NCBI GenBank assembly: GCA_013239625.1
Contig: MU053588.1
Span: forward strand, 149,988 to 213,987
Direction: 5' to 3'
DNA from: Lama guanicoe
Taxonomy: Eukaryota
DNA length: 64,000 nt
Below the pieces are notes generated by a model, which was not told where the DNA came from, ran no database searches, and worked only from the letters and a program-made list of their open reading frames with translations. Shown one piece after another: positions 39,985-52,035 of this stretch. A program made the translations under genes and the position numbers. How positions within the stretch are numbered: the first letter of the stretch is position 1; each line of letters starts with the position of its first letter.

Positions 39985-41164
39985 CCCCGACCTTTTAAAA
40001 ATCCTATTCTTGCTAGCTGTATTATTTAGTGGAATGTCTTGTGATGAAGGCAGCCAGTTACAGTGACTTTGGGATTTTTCTTGTTAATAAAACAAAATTT
40101 TAGTTTTGGTTGTCCTAACAACTTCTCCAGCTTCATAAAATCTTATTTTGAGAAATTGCTGTGAAAGTCACAGCAGCTTACTTTGGAATTTTTTTCTTTT
40201 AAAGTAAAATAAGTTCCTGATTTTGAAATCTTGGTATTAGTAATGATTCCCAGTTCCTTTAAATTCTTATTTTTGGGGAGATGAATAGGGAATGGCTTTT
40301 GTGAAAGGGAACAGACAGTTAAGGTTTGGGGATTTTGGTTTTGTTTAAAAAATGTACCCCTGGTTTTGACTCTTTTAATAATGGTTATAACACCACCTTC
40401 ACAGCTCCTTTAAAATGTTCCTAGGTAGATCTCATTTTCGTAAGATTTATTTCATAGGTTTGGATGAGAGACCTCATGTGAGCTTTAGATCCCTGTCTTC
40501 ATGAAGACTGGATATTTGGGGTTTTATAAAGCAGCCCTCACACTCTTCATAGGCCTTGTCCTTAATTCTCAACATCCCTCTGCCCCTGACATTGTCCTGA
40601 AAATTAAACTAAGTTTTTGTCATTACATGAGAGCTGCAGAAATATCCAGTACTAGCCACTGTCTCCCCCTGATATATCTCCACATCTTTGTACTGAATCC
40701 ATTCCTCAAATGGGTGTCCCTTTTCTTGGATGCCTGGAAATCATGATTGGATTTCTCTCTGACCTTCCTACTGAGTTCATCCTTTTCTCTCCTCTCTTTT
40801 CTTGTCCAAACTTAAGTTAGTGACCCTCAGCCCCTTTATGACTAGCCTTTTGATGCCTTTGGCTCCATCTGACTCACTCAGGAGTTCTTCCTCCCAGTTC
40901 CATGAGCCAGGTTTTAGAGGACCATGAGAAAGTCTTGTCTAAATTTTCATCTTCCTCTAATTGAAATGGAGTATTTCTTTCCAACCTGAATGTAGGCCCC
41001 CTGGGTATGGAGCTTTGTGGAGACATCACAGCAGCTTTTATGTCATAATACAGCATCTCCAAGTAGTCTTAGGGTTATCAAAGCTTCCTGATGATGGTTC
41101 CCAATGACAGCCTGCCACTCAGTGTTGTTACAAATGTGTTAAAGTGGCTGGGCCAGGGACTGTG

Positions 41165-41680
41165 CTGTGTAAGATATTACACCCAAGTTTAGTGGCCTAA
41201 GCAATTTATTATGCTCATGGATTCTGTAGGGATCAAGAATTGAGACAGGACCCAAGTGTGACCAGCTTGTCTCTGTTCCACAATGTCTGTGGCCTTACCA
41301 GGGAAGACTCAACTGCTAGAGGCTAGAACCATCTGAAGGTTCATTCTCTCATGTCTAGTGCCAGGGCTGGATGTTTGGAAGCCTGGGCTCAGCTGGGACT
41401 GTCCTTTGAAGTGCCTAGACGTGACTTCTCCATTTGGCCTTGGCTCCCTCAGAGCCTGGCAGTCTCAAGGTAGCCAGACTTATCACATGGCACGAGACTC
41501 CAAAGGGGAGTGTTGTAGTGATCAGAGTGGAAGCTGCATGGTCTTTTGCGATAGCCTTGTAAGTTACATAGAATCACTTCTGTACTCTGTGGGTTACAAA
41601 CAATAGATCTACTCAGAGTCAAGGAGACAGATAGAAGGAGTGTCAAGCGATGTGCAACCATTTAAAAAATAACTGCTACA
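41165..41680 (-). mobile_element. MLT1-type MaLR LTR
   Basis: 'ttagtggcctaagcaatttattatgctcatggattctgt...gggctcagctgggactgtc...ggtagccagacttatcacatggc'. Confidence 0.65.
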
Positions 41681-43461
41681 GTGACATGCCTATTAATACA
41701 TCAAAAAATTTAAATATTGTGATAGCTGCATTTCCATGTAGTTGTTTGAAATCCTACAAATTTCTTTTAATTGAAGTATAGTCGGTTTACAATGTTATGT
41801 TAATTTCTAGTTTGAAGTCCTACGAATTTATGTCATGCAATTTATAGCATTATTTGGAAAAGGATTCAAAGGATTCAAGGACTTTCTCAGATGCAGGAAG
41901 GATTTAAGACATAGAACGGGCTCAGGCTCCTTCCTCAGATTTGAGGTGCAGTTTCTGCCCTGGTTTTATTGCTCAGGGCAGGATTTCTCATTTGTCTTGG
42001 ACACTGCAGTGGTTGGTTTGGAAGTTGGTCTGTGACCTTTTTTTGAGTGGGTGGAGTGGTCTGATTTTCTTTTGTTTTTCTCACCTCATTAGAAGTTAGG
42101 AGCTTCTTTTCTAGCCCTGTTCCTCTGTCTTGTATGCATTTGAAGGCAAGTTTCCTTGTAAGCCAATCTTTGGACTCATTTTGCTGGCTTTGCCAAATGG
42201 CATTTTCATTCTCGTATTATGTTCCTGTTCTTTGACCATTCATCAGCTTAGAAATGTGTTTACTTTCCTGGGTTTTCATTTTCTTATTTTTCTTCTGACA
42301 TGTCTAGCTCACAGAGCAAATGCCAAGCAAGAAGAATAACTTGAGGGATGTGGAGAGATACTTTCTTTGTACTTATCACCAAATGAGGTTGAGTTTTAGT
42401 TTTTGAGCTTATGTGTCTCCTCAAAGCGTGGGACATTATGCGGTAAACCAGAGACTGACACATTGTAACTTACTATTCTTCAATAGAAAAATAAAAATTT
42501 AAAAATTAAAAACACAAATAAAACACTAGATTTAAGTAAAATGTGTTTTTCTTTAAACATAATCCAGAGGGAAAAGATAAAAGTCCCTTAGAAATCAGGG
42601 CAGAAATTCCAAAGTGTCTCTTTCCCTCTTTCCCCATAGTATGGCTGGAATGTGGGTTCCCTTCCTTGTTCCACTCCCACAAAAGACATGAGGCCACAGA
42701 CTGCAGTGCTAGTGAGAGATGGAGGAACTGTGGGCAAGAGAGTGTGATCACTCACTCAGACACACAGATGCATGTGTCACCTCCTGGTGTCACCCCACTG
42801 GATAAGTGCTTCTCCAGATGCAGCCTATTTTTTTCAGTTGAGACATCCAGTCTGTGTGGTACCTGCTGATCTGGGTGTGACCAGGTGTCATAGTGATAAT
42901 AGAGACAATGACCCTAACAGGTTAATGGCCCTTCAGCCTGTGTGTAGGTAACTGGGAGACAGTATATGTATTATTAATCTATGTCTGGGTCACCTGTGAT
43001 GGTTTTGTTATTTTTTACATAAACTGTTGAGAATTTCTTAATAATTTTAATAGAGAAACTACTAGCCACTCTAAAATCTTTCCATTTCTTGGTCTAGAGC
43101 TGGGACTGGACCTCTCAGCAGCAAGGAGTGCTGAAGGTCAGAGGAAAAAAGCAGTACTTCCTTTTAAACCTCTCATCTGTCTTTCTCTCTCAGTTTCTTC
43201 TCTTTCTTATTTTTTTTAATGCACACATTTTTAAGTACTTGGGGACCCTTAGCATGATGGTAATTAAACTAGATTTGTACTTTTTCATTGGAGAATTTAG
43301 CCCATTTTTGCTTATCGTAACTAATATGTTCAGTTGTACTTTGATCATATTTCATGCATTCACTCATTCACATTGGACCATGTTTTCTTTGCTTTTATTT
43401 TCTCTGATAGTCGATAGCATATAGCCAATATTTAGTTTTAATAAGTAGTTAATTTTATACT

Positions 43462-43595
43462 TTTTTTTGTGGGGGGAGGTAATTAGGTTTTTTATTTGCT
43501 TGCTTTTTTAATGGAGGTACTGGGGATTGAGCCCAGGACCTCGTGCATGCTAGTCATGCAGGCATGCACTCTACCACTGAGCTATAACCTCCCCC
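43462..43595 (-). mobile_element. Vic-1-like SINE
   Basis: 'ggggattgagcccaggacctcgtgcatgc...ctctaccactgagctataacctcccc'. Confidence 0.85.
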
Positions 43596-43754
43596 ACACT
43601 TTTCAAAAATATCTTTGATTTCACATTTTCTGTAATTATTAAATACAAAATTAATAAAAGAACTTTAGATTATTTTCTTTGAGCTATCAATTGACTTAGA
43701 CACTTTTCCCATTTTTTTCATGTGTCTTTCTTGAAGGATCTCCAAAGCTTTGAG

Positions 43755-44290
43755 ACACCAGCTGAGTGTCCTACAATTCAGCTCAATTCTGACACTGTCT
43801 ACTCAGAGGTAGCATCAGTTTCAACAGGTTAAGGGCTTAGTCCTACAAGACTGCTCCCCACTCCTCCCACTCAGGATACCAGTCAGAAGTCCAGGTTGTC
43901 ACCTGGGCTTCTGATCAACTGGCTATAGATTGGCGGGTCCAATGACCCCCTCCACGGGTTCATTTAATTTGCTAGAGTGGCTCACAGGATTCAGAAAAAC
44001 ATTTTACTTACTTATCACCAATAAGGGTGTAACTTAGTAACAGCCAGTTGGAAGAGATGCACAGGACAAGGTAGGGAAGAGTGGTGCAGAGGTTTCATGC
44101 TCTCTGACTGCACCGTTCTCCCCGAATCTCCACCAACCTGGAAGCTCAACAAACCCTATCCTTTTCAGGTTTTGCAGAGGCTTCATTACATAGGTATGGT
44201 TGATTAAATCATTTTCCACTGGCAATTGATTCAACTTTTAGCCCCTGTCCCCTCCGTGGAAGGGAGAAAGGGGAGAAAATTTCCAGAGTC
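43755..44290. mobile_element. MER21-like LTR
   Basis: 'gacaccagctgagtgtcctacaattc...aattctgacact...aatttgctagagtggctcacag'; similar to 5880-6585. Confidence 0.7.
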
Positions 44291-45369
44291 CCATCATCAC
44301 CTGACCTGCTGTTGTATTATACTTGATTTATTATAATCTATCAGCTGGGGTCTCTCTGCACTGACTGTACACACATGTCTACACATAGGGATTTGGATTA
44401 TCTCAGGATCCCACCTCCTAGCCCCATCCCCCGTCCCTTCTCTGACACTTTTCAGTTCTTCCATTTCATTTGTGCCCCTTAGAGCCCCATGCCTGACTTT
44501 GGTGCCCATTGAGTTCTTTAACAAGCATTCCACATTCATGGATATGAAATCCTTGGCAAGGTGCACCACCAGGACTGGAATGAGTTCCCAGGCAACTGCT
44601 CCTTCCTAAATATCTGTCCAGTGGAAGACACCAATATTAACATGCAAACCTTGTTTTTCACTTCTCCAGGCAAAGGGATATTGGAAGAGATTCTAGATTC
44701 AAAGAGTAATCTTTGAATATCTGCATCATTGATAGGTCTTGGAGGTGCCTTAAGGGTGGGGCTTTACGTGGGATGGTTATCAGGAAATTGTGGATATTAA
44801 GGAAGTCAGGAAGGAAACAATAGGATCACTTACAACTCAACAATTCAGGGTAAGTTCCTAAAGGATTTTCTGGCTGCTTAATACCCAGAAGCCAACCCCT
44901 CATCTCTTATAAAAGCTACAGGCCAGTAGGTGCCAGAGAGGTTTATGTAGTGTCAGATCGATCCATGCTTTTCCTTACAGTGGGAATTTTGGGTACAGAA
45001 TTTAAGGGGGCTCCAAAAACAGTAGTAAAGATAAATATTCTAATGTACTATTTTTTAAAATGCCCCCTTTCCCAATCCATTATGAAGAAAACTGTCAAAT
45101 TGTGCTTCCTTTTCACTTCTCTCCCCTCTTCCCTCACCACCACCACAACCACTTGGGAAATTTCCTTCAAGCGGTACCTGACCTTCAGCCTTCAATAACA
45201 ACCCCAGGGAATTCTGGATCAAGCCTTGGGACTTCATTACACTACTACCATCAGGGCAACTTCTGCTCTTTGCCTTAAGTCTAGTCTCTACTCTTCCAAA
45301 TCCCGGGGACACGTGACCAGACCCACTCCCACTGCCATTTCAGGAGTTGGATCCAGCCAAATCCCACTC

Positions 45370-46210
45370 TTTCCGAAAACAGCCTAGGCGTTCCCCATCC
45401 GTAATGGCACACCGTCCTTCCCGCGGGGACGCAAGTCCGCCCTTATCCGGCAGTCCCAGCATAACATCACCGCCCTGCCCTATCCCCCAAGTGTTTTACT
45501 CTGAGCCGCGTTCACCCTCCCACCCCAATCCCTCACCGACTCAGGCCCCACATGTCTTGAGCTCAGTTTCAACTCCGGAAAGGGAACTCGGGGCGAGACT
45601 TGCGTAGGGGAGCCTAGGTGCCCCAGCGGCTCCCGCGCGCCGCTGAAGGTCAATGCGTAGTCTGGCCACCTGCCGCCGCAACACCGGTCGCCAGGACCAC
45701 ATTTCCTAGAATCCTCAGGCGTGTCCGCGACGCTCTCGTGGTTTGCAGATCTCACTGGCCCTCGGTGGAGAAACTCGCGGTCTGGGCATCTTAACAATGG
45801 GCTCCTAAAGTTGGCTGTGTAAGTGCAGATGCCAGTCACCCTGTATTGGAGAAGCCCATTCGCCGGCCCCTTCTACATCCAAAAGACTACACTCTCCAGA
45901 GGCCTTTGCGGCCACTCCCGCCCTCCCTTCCGCTTTCCCCTTAGCGGGAGGAGGTGGCGTAAGAGGAAGACTTCCGGTTGGTGGGTTCAGCCCGTTAGAC
46001 TGGATGGCGGTGGGGTAGATGTTATTCTGGTCTTTTCCACACCTCTTCTTTTGGTTCCCGAGCTTCGGCCTCAGGATCCGCACCGTGTATCCCGCGTTCC
46101 GTGAGTGCCCTGTAGTCATAGCCTCGTCCATTCAGCACGTCCCTCTGCTTGTCCCCGTTTTATTCACGGGGACCCAGGCTACCTCCGAAATCGGGCGCTC
46201 TCCTGTAGGC
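45370..46210 (+). promoter_or_regulatory. ZNF875: CpG-island promoter and non-coding exon 1 of ZNF875 (donor CC|gtgagt at 46100/46101)
   Basis: CpG-rich, with ETS site ACTTCCGGT (~45969), YY1-like GATGGCGG (~46003) and a donor 400 bp upstream of the ATG exon. Confidence 0.75.
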
Positions 46211-46552
46211 ATTCCTAGGCCACCCATTTTCCTTTCACTCCAGCCCACAGGTTTAGAGACAAACCCTTTCTCCACTGCTGGGGGATATGGGCTTCACTGC
46301 GGCCAGAATTTGGGGCTGAGCTTGAGGGTGCTCCGTCACCCTGGGCCCTTTCTCTAGAGCTCTGGATGGGAATTGGCTTATGCCGGCGATTTCTGTGACA
46401 CTCCCAATCTCAAGTAATGGGGCTCTGGAGCAGACCCCGCCTGCACTGGGAAGGGGTTTTCCAACTAGGCATCTTCTCATTTCTCTTCACACCCTCAGAT
46501 CTGCCTTCTGAGACTGCCCTTCTTCAGGGAGAGCACTCAGGGGACCAGGAAA

Positions 46553-46585
46553 ATGGCCACGAGGCTCCTGAAAGCCAAGAAAGAG
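46553..46585 (+). CDS. ZNF875: ZNF875/HKR1 first coding exon (exon 46499-46585; MATRLLKAKKE)
   Basis: Acceptor ttctcttcacaccctcag|, AAAATGG, phase-0 donor GAG|gtgaga. Resembles the human MATGLLRAKKE start as I recall it. Confidence 0.88.
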
Positions 46586-49500
46586 GTGAGAATTTCCGTT
46601 AAATTCCATCTTGGCTGTCAAGAGGATGGATCCATTACCTTTTCTTGCTCTGGAAGCTGCCTTGTTGGTACTGGACAAAGTTGACTCCTGGTCCTGGAGA
46701 AGTGGCTCATATTACATGGAATCGTCCCTCAACATTTCCTTCTGCTCCACCCATACTTAAGGCATTCTCAAAGTAGTTAATTGTGAACAGCACATGGAAC
46801 AATTTAGACGAAAATACAGGGACATCCAGGCTAGTTGTCCAGTGATAAGGATGAAAGGCAGGGACAGCGGAGTAACCAGTGGCCTGCAGTGGCTAGAGAG
46901 GACCTCCAGGAGAAGTAGGGCTGTCTGAACTAGCCTTGAGTGTCTGGTAAATTGGAGAGTTGGTGAAGACGTACCAGTAGGAGGAGGGCGGAAAGAATGA
47001 TTAGTCTGAGGCTGGGCCACTGGGCACACTACCCTTGCCACAGTGTGGGAAGATTATAGTGGCCAAAGGACTTATTTTACGTTTATTTTTAGATATGTAC
47101 TTGTGAAGATACAAACTAGCTGTCCACACTTGGAGCAGAGAGGAGTTTGATATGGTCTGACCTGGATTTTACATTTGAGAGCATTTTCAGCATCTGGCAA
47201 CGGGATTTCACCAAAAATTCTAGATTACCTGCCTCTTTGAAAATAAATTGCACTGTACTCTGTAAGGACATTTGAGCTGAGCAGTGTCTTCATCATTTGG
47301 ACAGGTCCTGCAGAGTCTGTTTGTACTTCCCATAGTATCCTTCATACTGAGGTCCTGCAGAGTTGAAACCATTGACAGCTAACATTTTGCCTGCCCCTCT
47401 CATTTTTGTTACCTGTCTGGTCCCTGAAGGATTTTCATTTTCCAGCTCTGAGTCTGGGTGGCCAGATTGAGTGCCAGGGTCAGGAGTGTAGACTTTGTCT
47501 TTGAGTAAGATGAGTTTTGAAGGATGTTGAGAAAGGATTTTCTTTAAGGAAATCAATAATATAGGCATACAGGGACTTAAGGGGAAACTTTCTAATCCCT
47601 GAGCATGGTGACTCTGAAGACCTTGACTTAACTGAATGTGACTAACATTTATTGAGTGCCAACACAGTTGTCAGGCTGGTTTATTATGATTTTTGATATG
47701 CATTAACTTGGTTATTTCAGATCTGCCTTCACTATCCTCATCCAAAAAATCAGAGTAGAATATAGACAGAAAATGAGATCTTGATTTATTCTTAATCCTG
47801 GCCTCCCATGGTAGAGATTTATAACTTCTTGGGTGTTATCAGAATAACTTTGAGAGTTCTTTGTTTCTCATTTGTAAAGTGTTTCATTAATTTGGAAGGT
47901 GTTAGTGCCAAGAATGCATAAGAAATCCAAGTCAGGGCATTTCCTAAGGTAACATTGAATCATAGTATGTGGGTACTTTCTTCACCACTCCTAATGTTAA
48001 TAGGGAAGCATTCTGGTTTTCTGGGAAAAGCCAGAAAAATTTGTGTCAGCTGACTTTTCTTGCCCTGATACTTAAAAAAAAAAAGATATGAAAACTTGAT
48101 CAAAGTGCACAAGCATTTGAATGGATAAGTTGTTTAAGATGAATCCTCTGTGCCTCAAGGCGTACCTGGCACACATGAAATGTTTGGTGCCTGGAGGAAC
48201 CACAACCTAAAATAAATTAATTCGAAGGAACTAAGTAACAAAGGAGTTTCTGTTGTTTGTTTTGATGTTATTTGAGGCATATAATTAATCACATATTTCA
48301 GGGGGTTGGGGAGGATTTCCATGTAGTCTGATATGCATGACATCTGAATTACAGAAAACAATTTAAGCAAACATACAGTAGGATATTAGCTATCACTGCC
48401 TGAGAGGATAAATTAGATATGTAACAAGTGAGTTGGGCTGGCAGGCACATGATATTACTGATTCTTAGCATTTTTTCATTGATTCCATCGAAAAAATTTG
48501 CTGAATATCTACTGTACAGAACACTTGATAGACCACAGTCAATGATGTGTTAAAGCACAGCCTGCACACTTATTGAGCCTTCCATTGTTATTTTTGGATT
48601 TCTTTTATCATTGGGATTTGGTTTAATTTATGTACATACACACACGCCCCTACATACATACATTGTGATAGATATTAATGATAAAATCATATTGTATTAA
48701 AGTTAGAGACAGTGTATCTACTCAGACCCCATTTTTAAATAGGTGAAGGAACAGCCAACATTTATCCCACTGAAAGTGATTTCTACAAAGTGTTTTGAAT
48801 GGATGAACCCATCCACTATTTCCCAATATAGGGTAACATTCAACTTGTTCCCAATACTTAACTGTAAATAATGCTTCTATGACCAACTTTGTGCTTGAAA
48901 TTCTTTTTATAGATTTGTGTTTATTCTCAAAAAAAAATGACAAGGTGTTTTGAAGCAGTGGGCACTCACACCAGTTGGAGCTTTGGAACCCTGCCTGTTC
49001 TAAAACCTTTGACCCTATCAATTATTTCTTCCATTTTTGAGATTCCCTTCTTCCACCACCATGTCTTTGCTTTACATTGTGCAGTTTTACGTTCCCAGGG
49101 TATACCTGCCAGTGCAGATCTTTTTCTTCTCTCATGTGAATGTTCATCATAATGTCCTGATTTGTTTCCCCATGGTGATATGTTCCTTTGCTACCCATTA
49201 CATCTGTAATCCTCATTTCCCCCAAACATTACTACAATAGCATCGCTTTTCTGTTCAGAAGCCTTCCTTCTGTGGCTCACAACAGCATCTTAATATTCAG
49301 GACAGTCCTCATTTCAGATGTGTTCTCTTTATGACATCGTGTTCTGATTATTCATTCTGGAAGTGTGTTTATTGCCACCACAGTGGAGTAATTTCATATA
49401 TACCTTTTAGATATGTTCATTTTTTAGGCATTTGGCTGGAAATGGGAGAGAAATAACCATTCATGTCATTCAGATGAATCCATCCTCTTTATAACGTAAT

Positions 49501-49649
49501 GCCTTCATGCCCAAGAGTGAGTGAGAAATGGAAGGACTGAATTTATTGCTCTCTAAATCTGTTTTAGGAGTTTCTGACAGCATGAGGATCTCTTAGCAGA
49601 TCAAGGTTAATATTAGTTGCAAAGTATTTTTCATATAACAAGACTCCTT

Positions 49650-51647
49650 TATCAGTATATAGGTTAGCCTTTGCTGCATAACAAACTACCCCAAACTTAC
49701 TGACTTAAAATCATTTATCAGCACATAGTTTGATAGGTCAGTATTTTGAGCTGGGCACAGATGGGTGTTCTGCAGGTTTCACTTGGGCTCTTGTTGCTGC
49801 AGTCAGCTGGTGGTTTGACTGGGGCTGAGTGACCACCCGTGCCTGACAGTTACCAAACTGGTTGACTAGGGTGCATTGGTTCTTCTTGGTTCTTTTCTGT
49901 GTGGGCTTGGGCTTGTTCCAGAGACTCTGCTTAGACTTGATCAAATGATGGTTTTGGGTTTCCCTACACGGCAAGAGAGAGGACAACCCCAATGAACAAG
50001 CACCTTAAGCCTCAGCTTATGTTACGTTTACTAATGTCCCTTTGACCAAAGCAAGTCCCATGGCCAAGTCCAGAATTGTGGAAGGGACTAGCACAAGGGT
50101 GTAGATACAGAGAGACATTATTCACTGGGATTCGTTACTGTAACTATGCTCTGGTCCCAATGATCCATATCCTTCCCATGTGTAAGATAAACTCACCCAC
50201 CTCCCAGGATCCCCGGAAATTTCATCCTCAGACTCAAAGTCCAGTATCATATGTATATCAGTCTGGATGTGGCTAAGGCTTCTTCAGTGAGACTCCTTTC
50301 AGTCCAAGACATACTAAAAAGACAAGTTATTTGTTCTTCTCCACCCCCAACTACTCACGTAGCATAAAATGGTGAGACATAGACAGGAAAACTGCAGTAG
50401 ACACTCCTATTCAAAAAGGGGAGGAATTGGAGGCACATAAGAGGCTTCTTCATTTTGAACTGTCTCTAGTCCTTTTAGTCAAGCTGATACAACTTCTTTA
50501 AAAACTCTTTGGGTTTCCCATGTATCAGATTATATTATTCTATTAAACAAAAATATAATTCTTTTCCAGATCTCTCATCTTTGGGTGGGGTGTCGATGCT
50601 GTGGGACAATACCTGTAAGAATCTCAGAAGCCCTTTTGTCTAGTTTAGAATCTGCTATGCATCACTTTAACAGTTTCAGAGGTCATAAAATTTAGGCCTT
50701 TCAGCCAAACTCTTAATCTTCACCCTGAAGCCATTTCTTTTCTTCAGACTCTTGCTGGCTGGAGAGACTGGAGATGTACGATAGTTTTATTTTCCAACCT
50801 ACAAGTCCTGGCTTGTCTATATTTCGTCTAAATTATGTTTGTGAACTGCTTACTTGCTGCTTTTGCTCTTCTCTTTCTGTATATTATCATGTGTAGCTAG
50901 AAGCATCTAGCTGAAGCTTTTAACTGGCTTTCAGGAGATCTCTTTAGCCAGACTTGAAAATTCATTAGGTATTTTTTCTGGATTTTAAATTAATGCAGGA
51001 GATAGTTTTGCTAATACATAGCAAGCATTGTCTTTTTTTCAAGCTCACCACTTTTCTAGCCTCTGCTAACAGTTTGTTTACTATTTTTCCAACCTTTGCT
51101 ATCAGTTTCTTGGATGCTTTCCCAGCCTCTGCCATGTCCTAGTCCCAAAGCTAAAAGTTTCAGGTAGTTGTTATGGTGTCACTTCATTTCTATGTGCCAG
51201 TTTAGGGGCTTAAAACAAAGTCATTTGTTAGTTCACAATTTTGTGGGTCACCATTTAGGCTCGGCACAGCTGAATGGTTCTTATGATTTACTGGGGCTTG
51301 CTCATGTGGCTGCTCAGCTGGAGCTATATGGTGTCACTTGCCCGGGGGTTGGGAGGCTGGTTGGCTGAGGTGTCTCCATTTTTGGTTCTCTCTGGCCTCT
51401 TCAGGAGGCAGACTCAATCTTTTTACATGATGGCCTCAAGGTTTCCTGCACAGAAAGAAAGAAACCCAGCCCCAAACCCAAATGCCTTTCAAACCTCTGC
51501 TTGCATTATATTTGCTAATGTCCCATGGGATAAAGCACGTCACATGGCAAGCCAAGAGTTAGTTTAGGAGGAGAAAGGGTATAAACGCATAAAAAGTAGA
51601 AACAGGGAGGAATGATTCAACAGGGCCCTTAGTATAACGATCTATCA
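49650..51647 (-). mobile_element. MaLR provirus remnant: MLT1-type LTR - internal region - LTR
   Basis: Two similar LTR blocks (~49650-50135 and ~51200-51647; 'gctgggcacagatggg' / 'gctcggcacagctgaa', 'aatgtccctttgaccaaagcaagtcccatggc' / 'aatgtcccatgggataaagcacgtcacatggc') flank about 1 kb of internal sequence. Confidence 0.65.
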
Positions 51648-51699
51648 GTCAGATAGGATGCTTTTGGTTGCAGGCAACAGGAAACCCCACTTAGACAAT

Positions 51700-52035
51700 T
51701 AGACTTTATTTCTCACAACAACCCTAAAAGGTAAGTACTATTATAATGTCCATTGTTAGAAAATTGAGACACAGAGATGTTAAGTTACTGATGCAAAGTC
51801 ATGGGAGAAAGAGAACTGTCATTTGAATACAGTTTGTCTCCAGAGTGTGCTTTTAATTACTGAGTAGTTTGCAAACTTTACTGTAAATCAGTCACCTGGA
51901 AGGCTTGTTAAAACAGATTGCTGGGCCCCGCCCCCAAAATTTCTGGGGTGGGGCCTGAGAATTTGTATTTCTAACAAGTTCCCAAGGTATGCCGGTGCTG
52001 TGTTCAGGAACCATACTCTAAGCCAGTACACTAAG
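51700..52035. mobile_element. MIR followed by MER5A-like hAT element
   Basis: MIR 'gaaaattgagacacagagatgttaagttact'; MER5 'cacctggaaggcttgttaaaacagattgctgggcccc...tctaacaagttccca'. Confidence 0.7.
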
